DNA from: Deltaproteobacteria bacterium UBA4427
GTDB taxonomy: Bacteria; Myxococcota_A; UBA9160; UBA4427
NCBI GenBank assembly: GCA_002390675.1
Contig: DGPZ01000195.1
Span: 67,095-131,094, forward strand
Direction of reading: 5' to 3'
Length of the DNA: 64,000 nucleotides
A program made the position numbers and the translations under genes. Numbering within the stretch: position 1 is the first letter of the stretch; each line of letters begins with the position of its first letter. Positions 7,620 through 17,829 of this stretch are shown in pieces. The notes below the pieces were generated by a model. The model was not told the origin of the DNA and did not search any database. It saw only the letters and a list, made by a program, of their open reading frames with translations.

Positions 7620-8612
7620 ATGAATGAATCGAAGCCTGTGTGGCAACGCTGGCATGATCCCACTGAGCCGATTCGGATAGGCGTTTCCGCGTGTCTGCTC
7701 GGCGCGGAAGTCCGCTTTGACGGTGGTCACAAACGGGACCGCTACTTGACGGATGTGTTGGCAGGCGATGTCGAATGGCTCCCTGTTTGTCCCGAGTTGG
7801 AAATTGGTCTGGGGATTCCTCGCCCCGTGATTCAGCTTCGAGGGGGAACTTCGGGCGACCGATTCGTGCTTCGGGAAGCTGGAACTGACCTCTCGGCGCA
7901 AATCGCCGACTACAGCCAGTCCAGGGTTTCTGAGCTCAAAGCTATGGGGCTTGATGGGTTCATTTTCAAGAAGGGCTCTCCTTCTTGCGGTTTGGCTCGG
8001 GTTCGCGTGTACCCCGATGAAGGAGAGATGCCCCTTCGATCCGGCATCGGACATTTTTCTCGTCGTGTCGTCAATGAGTTCCCTGGACTTCCAGTCGAAG
8101 AGGAGGGGAGGCTGAATGACGCGGGGCTTAGAGAGCAGTTTATTGAAGCGATCTTTTGTCACAATCGTTGGCGGGTCTTTGAACGGCGCGGGCTGACTCG
8201 CTCTGGCCTCGTCGCATTTCATGAAGCCCACAAAATGTTGATTCTGTCGCACGATGAACCCATCTACCGAAAATTAGGTCGCATCGTCGCGAGCTTCGGG
8301 CGCGAAGACGATGCGGAGATCTTTTCTCGTTATCAGGAAGGCTTCGTCGCTGCTTTTAACCGACCCACGGCCCGAAAACGACACATCAATGTGCTGGAAC
8401 ACTTGTTCGGACACTTGAAGCGGATGATAGGTCCAGCTGAGAAGAAACAGATCGGCCTTGCGATCGATGACTATCGGGCCGGACGAGTTCCTCTGGTCGT
8501 TCCTATCTCGATTCTACGCTTTCTCGTTGAATCGAAAGAAGTCGAATATGTGCAGGGGCAACTTTACTTGGAGCCGCATCCACGAGAGATGATGTTGCGA
8601 AATCACGCATAA
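7620..8612 (+). CDS. ybgA: YbgA-family protein (DUF523 + DUF1722)
   Basis: IRIGVSACLLGAEVRFDGGHKRD and FIFKKGSPSCG give the DUF523 part. The C-terminal half with LILSHDEPIYRKLGRIV...HINVLEHLFGHLK is DUF1722-like. This family is a classic photolyase neighbour. Confidence 0.85.
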   Translation: MNESKPVWQRWHDPTEPIRIGVSACLLGAEVRFDGGHKRDRYLTDVLAGDVEWLPVCPELEIGLGIPRPVIQLRGGTSGDRFVLREAGTDLSAQIADYSQSRVSELKAMGLDGFIFKKGSPSCGLARVRVYPDEGEMPLRSGIGHFSRRVVNEFPGLPVEEEGRLNDAGLREQFIEAIFCHNRWRVFERRGLTRSGLVAFHEAHKMLILSHDEPIYRKLGRIVASFGREDDAEIFSRYQEGFVAAFNRPTARKRHINVLEHLFGHLKRMIGPAEKKQIGLAIDDYRAGRVPLVVPISILRFLVESKEVEYVQGQLYLEPHPREMMLRNHA

Positions 8613-8666
8613 CACTGTCCTGCCTTCCAAGTGCAGCGGATGGCGCTGGATGACGCTCTGATTTGC

Positions 8667-9998
8667 CTACCGACTGCGACTATCGACTGGTGGTAGGGGG
8701 ACGCGAACGACTCTTGGTCGATAAAGATCTGATCGATGAGTGAGCTCTTCGAGGACCATATATTCTTCTTCTGATGATCGAGCATATAGATTACAGACAT
8801 AGGTGATGATGAGTTCACCTGTCTTCGAGTATTGAGAGTGGGCTTTGGCCGCATAGCAGAAGGTGTTAGTGGCAGTCGTGTCTAGGCCACTGGGCTGCAG
8901 CTCAGGGATTTGGAGCAGGGGGCGTGCAGTTGACCACGGTCCCTCGAGTTTATCCGACTCGCGAAAACGGATGAGTCCGTGCTCACTGGGGTCGCTCTCA
9001 GTATGGGAAGGACTCGCTTCTACGGCGATCCATCGATTGCGGCCTGAGTTCCAATGAACGCTCATTTCCGTTGCGTCCGATGGGATGACGATCGCTGCTG
9101 ATTGTGTGCGGAGGCCCTGTTTCCATGACCCGTTTACTTCGAAGGTTTCGATCCGTTCGGACAACACATTTTCAGAGTCCGACAGCGCTTCGAGTGGCAG
9201 ACGGATTAGTCCGCGCGGTGCGTGCCCGTCATCACGGTCGAAGAATGCGAATGCATAGACGTGCTCACCTAGGACCGCGAAAGCCGTGCCCGGGAAAAAC
9301 ACTGGATCTTCGGACAGCATTGAGATTCGGACACGCCAGTTCTGGGGCGAGTCATTCGGGTTTTCTATGCGTGCTAGGTCCGTTCCTATGATGCGGAACG
9401 GCAAAGAAAATGGGCCGCGCGGCTCGCTGTGTGTAACGCGGAGAAGGCCAACAAATAAGGTGCCATTGACAACGAAGCCGTCCATAGGCCAGTAGTAGGG
9501 CGGTCTCCCCGTTTTCTCGCGAGCTTCTGTTGCCCAGCTGGATTCAGGATTTGGCTGGAAGAACGCCCCTTCAGTTGCTTCGTCTTGAGATTTCCAGAAC
9601 GTTTCTAGTGACCAATCCCCGTTTGCAGCACATCGAGAGATACCAATCGAATTGTGAACGTAGGGGTATGCCCTCCGCCCCGGCTGATCCGCTCGTTCGA
9701 TGAACGTATCGCCGAATAGCCAGACGCTTCGACTGCGGCTTTTGGAGGCGGATGACTGAGGAAGAGGAACTGAGTACGCCGCATCGCCACCGTACCAGCC
9801 GTTCTGATCGGGGAAGTGAACCTGGCACGCGCGGGATCTGAGGGGCGACGAGGGAGGCGAAGAGAGAGGGTCTTTTTGGGTCGTCGTCGAATCGGTCGGC
9901 CGCGTGCTGTGCGCAAAGCATCCAGTCAATATTCCGGTGATCACCAAAAGGATCGCGGCCATAACGGGCGGGTGTTCGAGGGGTCTTGATCGGAGCAT
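8667..9998 (-). CDS. secreted lipoprotein, beta-propeller-like; tentatively DUF4185-like
   Basis: Signal plus lipobox AAILLVITGILTGC. The WLFGDTFI...HNSIGI pattern is reminiscent of DUF4185. The track start 10085 was trimmed to ATG 9998. The product call is weak. Confidence 0.6.
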   Translation of the reverse strand: MLRSRPLEHPPVMAAILLVITGILTGCFAHSTRPTDSTTTQKDPLSSPPSSPLRSRACQVHFPDQNGWYGGDAAYSVPLPQSSASKSRSRSVWLFGDTFIERADQPGRRAYPYVHNSIGISRCAANGDWSLETFWKSQDEATEGAFFQPNPESSWATEAREKTGRPPYYWPMDGFVVNGTLFVGLLRVTHSEPRGPFSLPFRIIGTDLARIENPNDSPQNWRVRISMLSEDPVFFPGTAFAVLGEHVYAFAFFDRDDGHAPRGLIRLPLEALSDSENVLSERIETFEVNGSWKQGLRTQSAAIVIPSDATEMSVHWNSGRNRWIAVEASPSHTESDPSEHGLIRFRESDKLEGPWSTARPLLQIPELQPSGLDTTATNTFCYAAKAHSQYSKTGELIITYVCNLYARSSEEEYMVLEELTHRSDLYRPRVVRVPLPPVDSRSR

Positions 9999-10274
9999 GA
10001 CGAGACCGTAGTCGCTTCTTGGAGCGACTCGCGATTTGGCTAGATACTTTGGGATGAGAAAGGGAAGGATCGCGATGGAGTGCACTTCGCATGAACCTCC
10101 TCAGATCGGCGCTCCTCGCTGCGTGCAAAAGATGCGGTGCCTATCGATGCATCCAGAAGCGTTAGGAACTTCGCTCGCCGCATTTCTCGAGGATGTCTCG
10201 AGTGTCTGGGCCAACTAGCGGGCGTGCTGGCATCGGTCGTGGACCATAACTGGGGCGGCATGGGTGAGTAGATG

Positions 10275-10982
10275 CTAGGCGCTGTGACGTTTTCCTACGT
10301 AGAGCCCGACGAGACGCGCGACGAAAATCGTCAAGTAGAGCTGACCTATGAGCGCTTCGGCCACAACAAACATTTGCGCAATGTCAGATTTTGGCGTGAT
10401 GTCCCCGTAGCCTAGGGTTGTGAGCGTGACGAAGCTAAGATAGAGCAGGCGTGTCGAGTGAAGACTTGGATCAGCCTCTGAGCGCGCAATGGCTTCTCCG
10501 GCGTCGATAAATGTGCCAGGCTGGAGCTCAGTGAGCAGGACAAAGACCATCGTAAAGCACAGGCCGAAGAGGAGATAAACACAGATTCCACCGACGATGG
10601 TGTCGTTCGAGACCTCCTCTGTCTGGATCAGACTATTCAGCATGACAAGCGTCGTGAAAGAGAGAAGGCCGAGCGCCAGGACGTCTGAGGCAACTCGCGC
10701 AGCCGAGGAATTTGTAAGCTCCGCAACGAGAATGACGGCGACCGCTGCGACGCCCACGACTCCAGCGACTGTAAAAATCCACCGCTGGTGGCTGTTCACG
10801 ACGATCGCCGAAACCAACACGAGCGTGAGCAAGATTGTGAACCGCGGAGTCGAGCCCGAGAACATTTGGCCGATTGGAAGCGCCACGAGCAGGAGAATTA
10901 GTGAGGTTAGGAGGGTGCCATGGCGTCCGAGCGCACCGGTCCCTTCGTCACGGTGGGCGATCGTTCGGAGCCAACTCATCAT
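10275..10982 (-). CDS. potassium channel family protein (ion_trans_2)
   Basis: Selectivity filter TLTTLGYGDITP, with several TM helices upstream. Confidence 0.85.
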   Translation of the reverse strand: MMSWLRTIAHRDEGTGALGRHGTLLTSLILLLVALPIGQMFSGSTPRFTILLTLVLVSAIVVNSHQRWIFTVAGVVGVAAVAVILVAELTNSSAARVASDVLALGLLSFTTLVMLNSLIQTEEVSNDTIVGGICVYLLFGLCFTMVFVLLTELQPGTFIDAGEAIARSEADPSLHSTRLLYLSFVTLTTLGYGDITPKSDIAQMFVVAEALIGQLYLTIFVARLVGLYVGKRHSA

Positions 10983-11008
10983 GTCGGTAAGATAGGGAAC
11001 CCTCGGGC

Positions 11009-12046
11009 TTAGGCTAGTTTTCGGTAGGCCGAGACGATGGGTTCGAGTTCTGTGGGCGTGGCGCCGTGCATGATGACGCCGTCACACCCGAGGTCGAGCT
11101 GGTGTCGGATCGAATCGACGCATCGATCGGGGGAGCCCGTTGCCGAGTAGGACAGCCATTCGTCGGGAATCAGCGTGGAGATATGTTCGAGTTCGCTTTG
11201 GCTCGCGGCGGTATCGATGCCGCCGCGAAAGTTAGAGACGAGTTCGTCGGCGCGGAAGCGTTCGAGGACGCTCTTGTCCCAGCCATTAGTGTCGACCAGG
11301 AGATCGCCGTAGCCTTGAAGGTATGTGGCGAGACGCCCCACGCTTTTCATGAGTTGCTTCTCTTCGGAAAGGTGGTCGCCGATCGTTGCGAAGCACGACC
11401 AGACTTTGACGTCATCGGGGTTTCGGCCAGCTTCGAGAGCCGCCCGCTTTACGGTCTTGACCGCATTCTCAGTCGTTTCGTCGCTGAAATAAGTGTGAAG
11501 CACCACTTCGTCAAAAGCACGTCCACCTAACGCGAGCGAGTTTGGGCCAAAGGCAACCAGCATCATCGGGATGTCATCGATCACGTTCGGTCCGAGATGA
11601 AGAAAGGGGAACGACCCGATCGGACCCTCGTGTCCCATGACTGCTTCGCCGGCGAGGAGTCTCCGGGTGACGCCTACGAAATCCTCCATTTGGGCCGTTG
11701 TGATCGGCGGGATGCCATAAGCCTTTTGCATGGGGACGATGCCGCGCCCGATCCCGAGAACGAACCGACCTCCCGTCAGGCCATGCATCGTCAGCGCATA
11801 GCCAGCGGTGACGATGGGATGCCGCGTGTTGTGATTCGTGGCTGCCGTGGCGATGCGAATCGAATCAGTGACCGCTCCGGCAGCACCACTCAAAGTGCAG
11901 ATCTCTTTTGAGTTGTACCGCTCGGAGAGGAAAGCGGTCCCCAGGCCCATAGCCTCGCCCTGCTGAAGCTCTTCTATCAGGTCCCGGGGCGACTTCGGTT
12001 GGCCGGCGAGGGCGTAGAATCCGAGTTCGTGATTTACATCAGGCAT
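11009..12046 (-). CDS. LLM-class (luciferase-like) flavin/F420-dependent oxidoreductase
   Basis: 345 aa. Luciferase-like TIM-barrel pattern (FLSERYNSKE, GRFVLGIGRG, FGPNSLALGGRAFDEVVLH). Confidence 0.8.
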   Translation of the reverse strand: MPDVNHELGFYALAGQPKSPRDLIEELQQGEAMGLGTAFLSERYNSKEICTLSGAAGAVTDSIRIATAATNHNTRHPIVTAGYALTMHGLTGGRFVLGIGRGIVPMQKAYGIPPITTAQMEDFVGVTRRLLAGEAVMGHEGPIGSFPFLHLGPNVIDDIPMMLVAFGPNSLALGGRAFDEVVLHTYFSDETTENAVKTVKRAALEAGRNPDDVKVWSCFATIGDHLSEEKQLMKSVGRLATYLQGYGDLLVDTNGWDKSVLERFRADELVSNFRGGIDTAASQSELEHISTLIPDEWLSYSATGSPDRCVDSIRHQLDLGCDGVIMHGATPTELEPIVSAYRKLA

Positions 12047-12331
12047 GGTGGTGCTCCGGTAGTTTGGTCGTTGGGAAAGGCGCGGAAGAGTAACGAATCC
12101 ACGAGGCTGCGCGCGAGCAAGGTTTCGGTTCAGGCGAGGACATTAGGAAGCAGGTGCTCGCTGAAAAGAGAGAAGGTCTTTTCCACCAGGGGCATAGGCC
12201 TCTGCCGTGGGCCGACGCATAGCACGATTCGCGTATCGCTTCTTTCCGCGCGATCTCGTTAAAAGAAAAATTAGAGGACTCCGAATGGGCCATACTCGAC
12301 GGGGAAACATAGGAGAATCAGGAGTCGAGCA

Positions 12332-13207
12332 ATGGGTGAATGGCAGGTGACGCGTATCGCGGGTGCGCTTGGCGCGGAGGTTCGCGGTCTTGATCTGGCT
12401 GACGTGGGTGCCGAGGCGGCGAGTCAGATCGAAGCACTTTTGATCGAGCATCACGTGCTCTTTTTCCCCGATCAACACCCGAGCGCGGAAACGCATATCA
12501 AATTCGGAGAACATTTCGGCACGCTCGAAAGCCACCCGCATCTCGAAAATCCCACGCCCGGATTGCCCGACAAACTATTCGAGCTTTCAGCGACGCATGG
12601 CGGTGTGGCGGATGAGTGGCACACGGATCTCACATATCTAGAACACCCTGCGCTGTACTCGATTTTGAATATGAAGCGGGTGCCTTCGGTGGGTGGCGAT
12701 ACGATGTGGTCGAATCTGGCTATGGCCTATGACGAACTTTCCCCGCCGATCCAGGCGTTATGCGAGGGGCTGACCGCGCTTCATGACGGAGCGGCGAATA
12801 ATGTACCCGATGAAGAGATGGTTCATCCCGTGGTACGGCTACATCCCGTCACTGGACGCCGTATTCTCTACGTTAATGAACATTTTACTCGCCGAATCGT
12901 TGAACTTTCCTATAAGGAGAGCGCACTCCTATTGGCGCATTTGACGAGTTGGGTTTCAGAGCCGCGATTTACGGTTCGCTACCGATGGGCGGAGGGCACG
13001 CTGGCGATTTGGGACAACCGGGTGACGCAGCATTTCGTGTTGAACGATTTTGATGAGGAGCGCGTGATCCAGAGAGTCACGGTGATGGGGGACCGCGTCG
13101 AAGGGGCATCCGAGCCGCGCTGGCCCGCCTTTGCCTCGGGAGGCGGGGAGACGGACATCAGCCGCCATGACGAAGTTTTGCGAGAGTGGGAAAAGAAAAA
13201 AGCCTAA
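12332..13207 (+). CDS. TauD/TfdA-family Fe(II)/2-oxoglutarate dioxygenase
   Basis: WHTDLTYLEHPALYSILNMKRVPSVGGDTMWSN, later HPVTGRRILYVN and IWDNRVTQH. This gives the HxD...H facial triad context. Confidence 0.9.
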   Translation: MGEWQVTRIAGALGAEVRGLDLADVGAEAASQIEALLIEHHVLFFPDQHPSAETHIKFGEHFGTLESHPHLENPTPGLPDKLFELSATHGGVADEWHTDLTYLEHPALYSILNMKRVPSVGGDTMWSNLAMAYDELSPPIQALCEGLTALHDGAANNVPDEEMVHPVVRLHPVTGRRILYVNEHFTRRIVELSYKESALLLAHLTSWVSEPRFTVRYRWAEGTLAIWDNRVTQHFVLNDFDEERVIQRVTVMGDRVEGASEPRWPAFASGGGETDISRHDEVLREWEKKKA

Positions 13208-13653
13208 CATGATCGCGAAAGACTATTCCTCCGCTTATAGGGCAATCGAGGCTAGGCTTTCATCGATACGAGCCTCGGTTCGTTCCCCAGCCATTCGCAG
13301 AAGACAGTAATCGAAATATTCTCGAGCCCATTCGTGATATTCGACAGGAGAAGCGTCTCGCTCTGATGCTGTGCCAAGGAATTCGAGAAATTGTCACCGA
13401 AGACGTTTTGATAGGTTGGGTTTCGGAAGCGCGACCTGCGCACGCCTTGCTCCCTAAAATAGGTGCTTCGAATCACAAAATGAAATGCTGCGTATCTTTT
13501 GTACGAGGGGCAAAGGCAAGGGGGGCAGGCGGTGATGACTGATAGTTCATTGCCCCGCCAGTGTTCGAGAAGCGGGCAAAATGTCGCTCGGAACTCGTTC
13601 TAAAATAACGGATTTGCCTTCGCGGTTCGGCTCCGTAGACTCCATCCTTCCGT

Positions 13654-14664
13654 TTGCGCATGCATCGAGTCTTTTGGAGAGAGGAGGAACATCCCGTGAA
13701 TCTCGATCGAGGAGCTCTCGAAAGCATCGCGGCGGCGGTAGGACTACTCGTCTTGGTCTATATGCTGGGCGAGCTCGTATTTCTATTTCTCCACAGGGAG
13801 AGGGAGAAGCAGGGCGGTTACGCCCTTGACCTGAGAGTCGTCCGGATGGCGCTTCTCGGGATTGGAAGCACGATCCTGGCGACGGGCATAATCGCAGCAC
13901 TCCTGCGGCCTTTGTCTGCGATGATCGCTGCTTATGCCATGAAGGATGCTGCTTTATTCCAGGTAAATACTGCTTGGTACGGATGGATCTATGGGTTGCT
14001 CGTTTATGAGTTGTTCTATTGGGTTCAGCATTTCCTCGCGCATAAAGTCCGTCTGCTCTGGTGTATCCATTCTCCGCATCACGCGCCGCGAGCAATTCAT
14101 ATGGCGATCGGGACGAATCATCATTTCCTCGAGAGCGTGCTCTACTTCCCACTATTCTTAGGCGCCCTGCCGGTCCTCTTTGGTGTCGATCCGATTGTCG
14201 CTGTGGCGGTTAACGTGATCGACAGCTGTTGGGGAAGTTTTCTGCACATTAGTGATCATTATGTGAGTAGCGGGCGCTACGGAGTGATTGGTCGGTTCAT
14301 GCAGACCCCAGCACATCACAGAGTCCATCACGCGAAGAACTCCAGGTACATGGATCGCAACTACAACTCAATCACGCTTTTCTGGGACGCGGTCTTTGGA
14401 ACGCTGGAGCCGCTTCGCGCGGATGAGCCTGTCGAGTTTGGGATCACGCGTCCCGTCGACGACGGGAGCTTCTGGGATGTGCATTTCGGAGAATTTGTTG
14501 AGCTGCTCCGCGATATGCGAAACGCATCTTCGCTCCACGAATCAATCGCCTACGCACTCCACGCGCCTGGTTGGAAGCCAGGAGACGTGTCGCGGACTGC
14601 TGTCGCGATGCGTTCGAGTTGGCTTGCGGATGAGAGGGAACGAACTGAGGCGAGAGCAGACTAA
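13654..14664 (+). CDS. fatty acid hydroxylase / sterol desaturase family membrane protein
   Basis: His boxes HFLAHKVRLLWCIHSPHHAP and HHRVHH, with multiple TM helices. Confidence 0.8.
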   Translation: MRMHRVFWREEEHPVNLDRGALESIAAAVGLLVLVYMLGELVFLFLHREREKQGGYALDLRVVRMALLGIGSTILATGIIAALLRPLSAMIAAYAMKDAALFQVNTAWYGWIYGLLVYELFYWVQHFLAHKVRLLWCIHSPHHAPRAIHMAIGTNHHFLESVLYFPLFLGALPVLFGVDPIVAVAVNVIDSCWGSFLHISDHYVSSGRYGVIGRFMQTPAHHRVHHAKNSRYMDRNYNSITLFWDAVFGTLEPLRADEPVEFGITRPVDDGSFWDVHFGEFVELLRDMRNASSLHESIAYALHAPGWKPGDVSRTAVAMRSSWLADERERTEARAD

Positions 14665-14695
14665 TCCGGTTGCGACGCGCCCGGCGTCGATTCTC

Positions 14696-15058
14696 TCAGG
14701 ATCGCTCGCGCGCAGTCTGGCACTCTATGCAGTAGAGAGACTCGGGGCGGGCGCGGAGTCTCGCGACCCCGATTTCTTCACCGCAGGCCATGCAGTCTCC
14801 GTACTCGTCTTCGCCGAATCGGTGTCGTGCAGAGCGAGCCAGCTGAAGTTGTGTTTGTTGCGCTACGCGATTTGCTTCAAGCATTTTCTGCTGCTGGATC
14901 GCATCGATTCGAGAGACGCGTCCCATAGCAGGTTGGTCGAGTTCGACGGGCCGCGCCGCGGCCGCTGTCTCCGCCAAAGACGCTTCAAGGTCTTGGATGA
15001 GGTCGCCGAGGGCAGCTGAGAGTTCGCTCCGCTCGAGATCGGATAGGGGCATGGGCAC
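14696..15058 (-). CDS. DksA/TraR-family C4 zinc-finger protein
   Basis: 120 aa. C-terminal CMACGEEIGVARLRARPESLYCIECQ. Confidence 0.85.
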   Translation of the reverse strand: MPMPLSDLERSELSAALGDLIQDLEASLAETAAAARPVELDQPAMGRVSRIDAIQQQKMLEANRVAQQTQLQLARSARHRFGEDEYGDCMACGEEIGVARLRARPESLYCIECQTARERS

Positions 15059-15974
15059 TCCAACGATTCGTGCGGGAACCGTACCGCCGCGCCGTGGCTC
15101 GCCCGGTCAGTTAAGAGTCCATACTCTAACGCTGGAAACTCCTCTGAGCCGCACTACGATCTTCTTCGCTGCTAGCTTCTCGCTTGTGGCTAGAGCGCAG
15201 TCTAAGAGATGGATTTGGGCAGCGGTCGCGTTCCTAGGGACGTGGCCCGGTATCGCATTTTCCGATTCCGCCACGGTCGCCGTCTCCAGCAACTTCGCAG
15301 CGACAGCCCGAGGACTCGTCGAAGTCTTCGAAGCGCAGAATATTCACGAGATTCGAGTGGCGACGGGCTCAAGTGGCAAGCTCTACGCGCAGATTCAAAA
15401 CGGTGCGCCCTTTGATGTTTTTCTCTCCGCGGATATGGCGCGCCCGGAACAGCTGGTGGCCGAGTCGGTGGCCTTGGGAGAAACGCTTCGGGTCTATGCC
15501 CTTGGGAGACTTCTTTTGTGGCGGCCGAAGGTGCGGGCAGCTGGCGGGCGCTCAGAGCTGGGCTCGTCCCCGGGACCCGGATGGCTGAGCAAAAACCGGT
15601 CTCGCCATGTGGCCCTCGCGAATCCGGAACTAGCACCCTACGGTCAGGCTTCTCGTGAAGTGCTTGAGGGCCTCAATCTGATGGACGAGGTCCGACCTAG
15701 AATGGTGTTCGGCGAAAATATCGGACAGACCTACGCGATGGTCGCCACGGGCAATGCGACGGTTGGATTCATAGCGAGGGCGCAGCTACCTACTTCGGAC
15801 CAGCTAGACGGAACGGTTTGGGAGATCCCGTTGGCTCTCCATTTACCGATTGAACAAGGTGTCGTCCAGCTCTCGCGCGCAAAAGAAAATGCAGCTGCGA
15901 AGGCGTTCGTCGCCTATCTAGCGAGTGACGTTGCGAAGGAATTTATTAGGAAGGCGGGGTACGAAGTCGAATGA
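15051..15974 (+). CDS. modA: molybdate ABC transporter substrate-binding protein
   Basis: SSNFAATARGLVEVFEA...ATGSSGKLYAQIQNGAPFDVFLSAD is typical of ModA. The start is uncertain: the track gives 14997, and ATG 15051 or GTG 15186 (before the WIWAAVAFLGTWPGIAFS signal) are more plausible. Confidence 0.8.
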   Translation: MGTPTIRAGTVPPRRGSPGQLRVHTLTLETPLSRTTIFFAASFSLVARAQSKRWIWAAVAFLGTWPGIAFSDSATVAVSSNFAATARGLVEVFEAQNIHEIRVATGSSGKLYAQIQNGAPFDVFLSADMARPEQLVAESVALGETLRVYALGRLLLWRPKVRAAGGRSELGSSPGPGWLSKNRSRHVALANPELAPYGQASREVLEGLNLMDEVRPRMVFGENIGQTYAMVATGNATVGFIARAQLPTSDQLDGTVWEIPLALHLPIEQGVVQLSRAKENAAAKAFVAYLASDVAKEFIRKAGYEVE

Positions 15975-16648
15975 CGATGCCTGATGCTTCCCCGATCTGG
16001 TTGACGATCAAACTCGCGAGCTTGACGACAGCGATTTTGTTCGTCGTTGGAACGCCACTGGCATGGTGGCTGGCGAGTACCAAGTCAAAACTCAGGCCTT
16101 TTGTGGAAGCCGTGACAGCCTTGCCCCTAGTACTCCCTCCGACCGTCTTGGGTTTCTATCTTTTGTTAGTTATGAGCCCTCACTCTCCCCTGGGCGCCTT
16201 TTGGGTGAAAGTCTCCGGCGAGACGCTGACCTTCTCATTTACGGGTCTGGTTTTTGCGTCGATTCTCTACTCGCTGCCGTTCATGGTGCAGCCGCTCACG
16301 AGTGCGTTCGAGGCTGTCGGAAGAGGGCCGATCGAAGCGGCGGCAAGTTTGGGGGCTTCGCCGGTCGATGCGTTCTTTCGAGTCGTGGCGCCGCTCTCCG
16401 CGCGTGGATTTGTTACGGCTGGCGTTCTGACCTTCGCCCACACCCTCGGCGAATTCGGCGTGGTGCTGATGGTTGGTGGGAATATCCCGGGCGAAACCCG
16501 CGTGCTGTCCATCGCGATCTACGACCATGTAGAAACGCTTCAATATGCGGAGGCGCACGCCTTGTCTGCTGGCCTGCTCGCCTTTTCTTTCATAGTTCTA
16601 CTACTCGTATACACCTTCGATCGAAAGGCGCGCGTACGTGTCGGATAG
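15971..16648 (+). CDS. modB: molybdate ABC transporter permease
   Basis: ABC permease EAA-like loop (EAAASLGASPVDAFFRVVAPL). ATGA overlap with modA. Confidence 0.9.
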   Translation: MTMPDASPIWLTIKLASLTTAILFVVGTPLAWWLASTKSKLRPFVEAVTALPLVLPPTVLGFYLLLVMSPHSPLGAFWVKVSGETLTFSFTGLVFASILYSLPFMVQPLTSAFEAVGRGPIEAAASLGASPVDAFFRVVAPLSARGFVTAGVLTFAHTLGEFGVVLMVGGNIPGETRVLSIAIYDHVETLQYAEAHALSAGLLAFSFIVLLLVYTFDRKARVRVG

Positions 16649-17783
16649 CGATCGCATCAAAAAGAGACAGGATGGTGAAGCGTTTGCGCTGAGTCTACGC
16701 GTCGTACTGGCCGAATTTACCCTCGAACTCGACGAAATTCTGACGCCGAGCGGTGTCACAGCAGTTTTTGGAAGAAGTGGGAGTGGGAAGACGACTCTTC
16801 TGCGCGCGATTGCTGGATTCGAGAAGCCCGTTCGAGGCCGTATCGCCTTAGGTGATCAGGTTTGGTTCGACGAGGAGGCCAAGATTTTTGAGCCCCCGAA
16901 TCGACGTTCGATTGGAATGCTCTTTCAGGACGTCCGACTCTTTCCGCACCTCGACGTACGCGCAAATCTAGACTTTGCGTGGAAGCGGCGAAATACGTGG
17001 ACGGCGAAGGCGGGAATGCAGCAGAACATCGCACGTGATGAAGTCATCGAGGCGCTCGACTTAGACATAATGCTAGGTCGAAACGTTACTTCGCTATCAG
17101 GTGGCGAGCAGCAGAGGGTCGCGCTGGCACGAACGCTGCTTACGAGCCCAGATATCCTCTTGCTTGACGAGCCTCTTGCGGCGTTGGATCGCGAGAGGAA
17201 GGCGGAGATTCTTCCCTATCTAGAAGACGTGACCCGGCGCTTTATGATTCCGACGCTCTTCGTGAGTCACGACCTTGACGAAGTGGCCCGCCTCGCGGAT
17301 CGAATGATGGTGCTTTCCGAAGGGCAGGTTCAGATGTACGGCGAGACAGCGGAGATTCTCGAACGTCTTGACCTTGAACCGATAGGGGGACGCTTTGAGG
17401 CCGGGGTGCTCGTCGAAGGAAAGGTTTTGCGCCACGACACGCGGCTTCATCTCACGACCGTCGATCTCGACGGCGATGCGCTCGCGATTCCATTGGCTGA
17501 AGATTCGTCGGTCGGAGATATATTGCGCCTGCGTGTTCGCGCGCGTGACGTGGCACTGGCGACGGAACGGCCCGCAGGACTCAGTATTCGAAACGTATTG
17601 CCGGGCGAGATCACAGACTTGATCCGCACCCCGGGAAGTGGTGAAGTCGAAGCCCGAGTGCAGCTCAGGTCCGCCCATATCCGTGCGCGCTTGACGTTGG
17701 CTGCGGTGGAAGAGCTCGGCCTCGCGCCGGGGCGACGCGTATTCGTGTTAGTGAAGAGCGTGAGTCTCGAAGGTGGTCGTTAG
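16638..17783 (+). CDS. modC: molybdenum ABC transporter ATP-binding protein with C-terminal TOBE/Mop domain
   Basis: Walker A GRSGSGKTTLL, signature LSGGEQQRVALAR, Walker B ILLLDEP, and a C-terminal TOBE-like repeat. Confidence 0.9.
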   Translation: MSDSDRIKKRQDGEAFALSLRVVLAEFTLELDEILTPSGVTAVFGRSGSGKTTLLRAIAGFEKPVRGRIALGDQVWFDEEAKIFEPPNRRSIGMLFQDVRLFPHLDVRANLDFAWKRRNTWTAKAGMQQNIARDEVIEALDLDIMLGRNVTSLSGGEQQRVALARTLLTSPDILLLDEPLAALDRERKAEILPYLEDVTRRFMIPTLFVSHDLDEVARLADRMMVLSEGQVQMYGETAEILERLDLEPIGGRFEAGVLVEGKVLRHDTRLHLTTVDLDGDALAIPLAEDSSVGDILRLRVRARDVALATERPAGLSIRNVLPGEITDLIRTPGSGEVEARVQLRSAHIRARLTLAAVEELGLAPGRRVFVLVKSVSLEGGR

Positions 17784-17829
17784 CCTTGGCATCCATTTCT
17801 CTTTTTGAAGGCAACGGGGCTAGTGCGGG

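Noticed and set aside
13210-13653. AT-richer 440-bp gap with 74-84-aa ORFs
   Set aside because: The ORFs lack RBS and motifs. The gap is most likely a promoter region for the fatty-acid-hydroxylase gene.
14288-15019. 243-aa plus-strand ORF
   Set aside because: It overlaps the 3' half of the fatty-acid-hydroxylase gene out of frame and runs antisense through the DksA/TraR gene. It has no motifs.
16063-16692. 209-aa plus-strand ORF
   Set aside because: It is an alternative frame of modB. The modB frame has the ABC permease signature and start/stop coupling with modA and modC.
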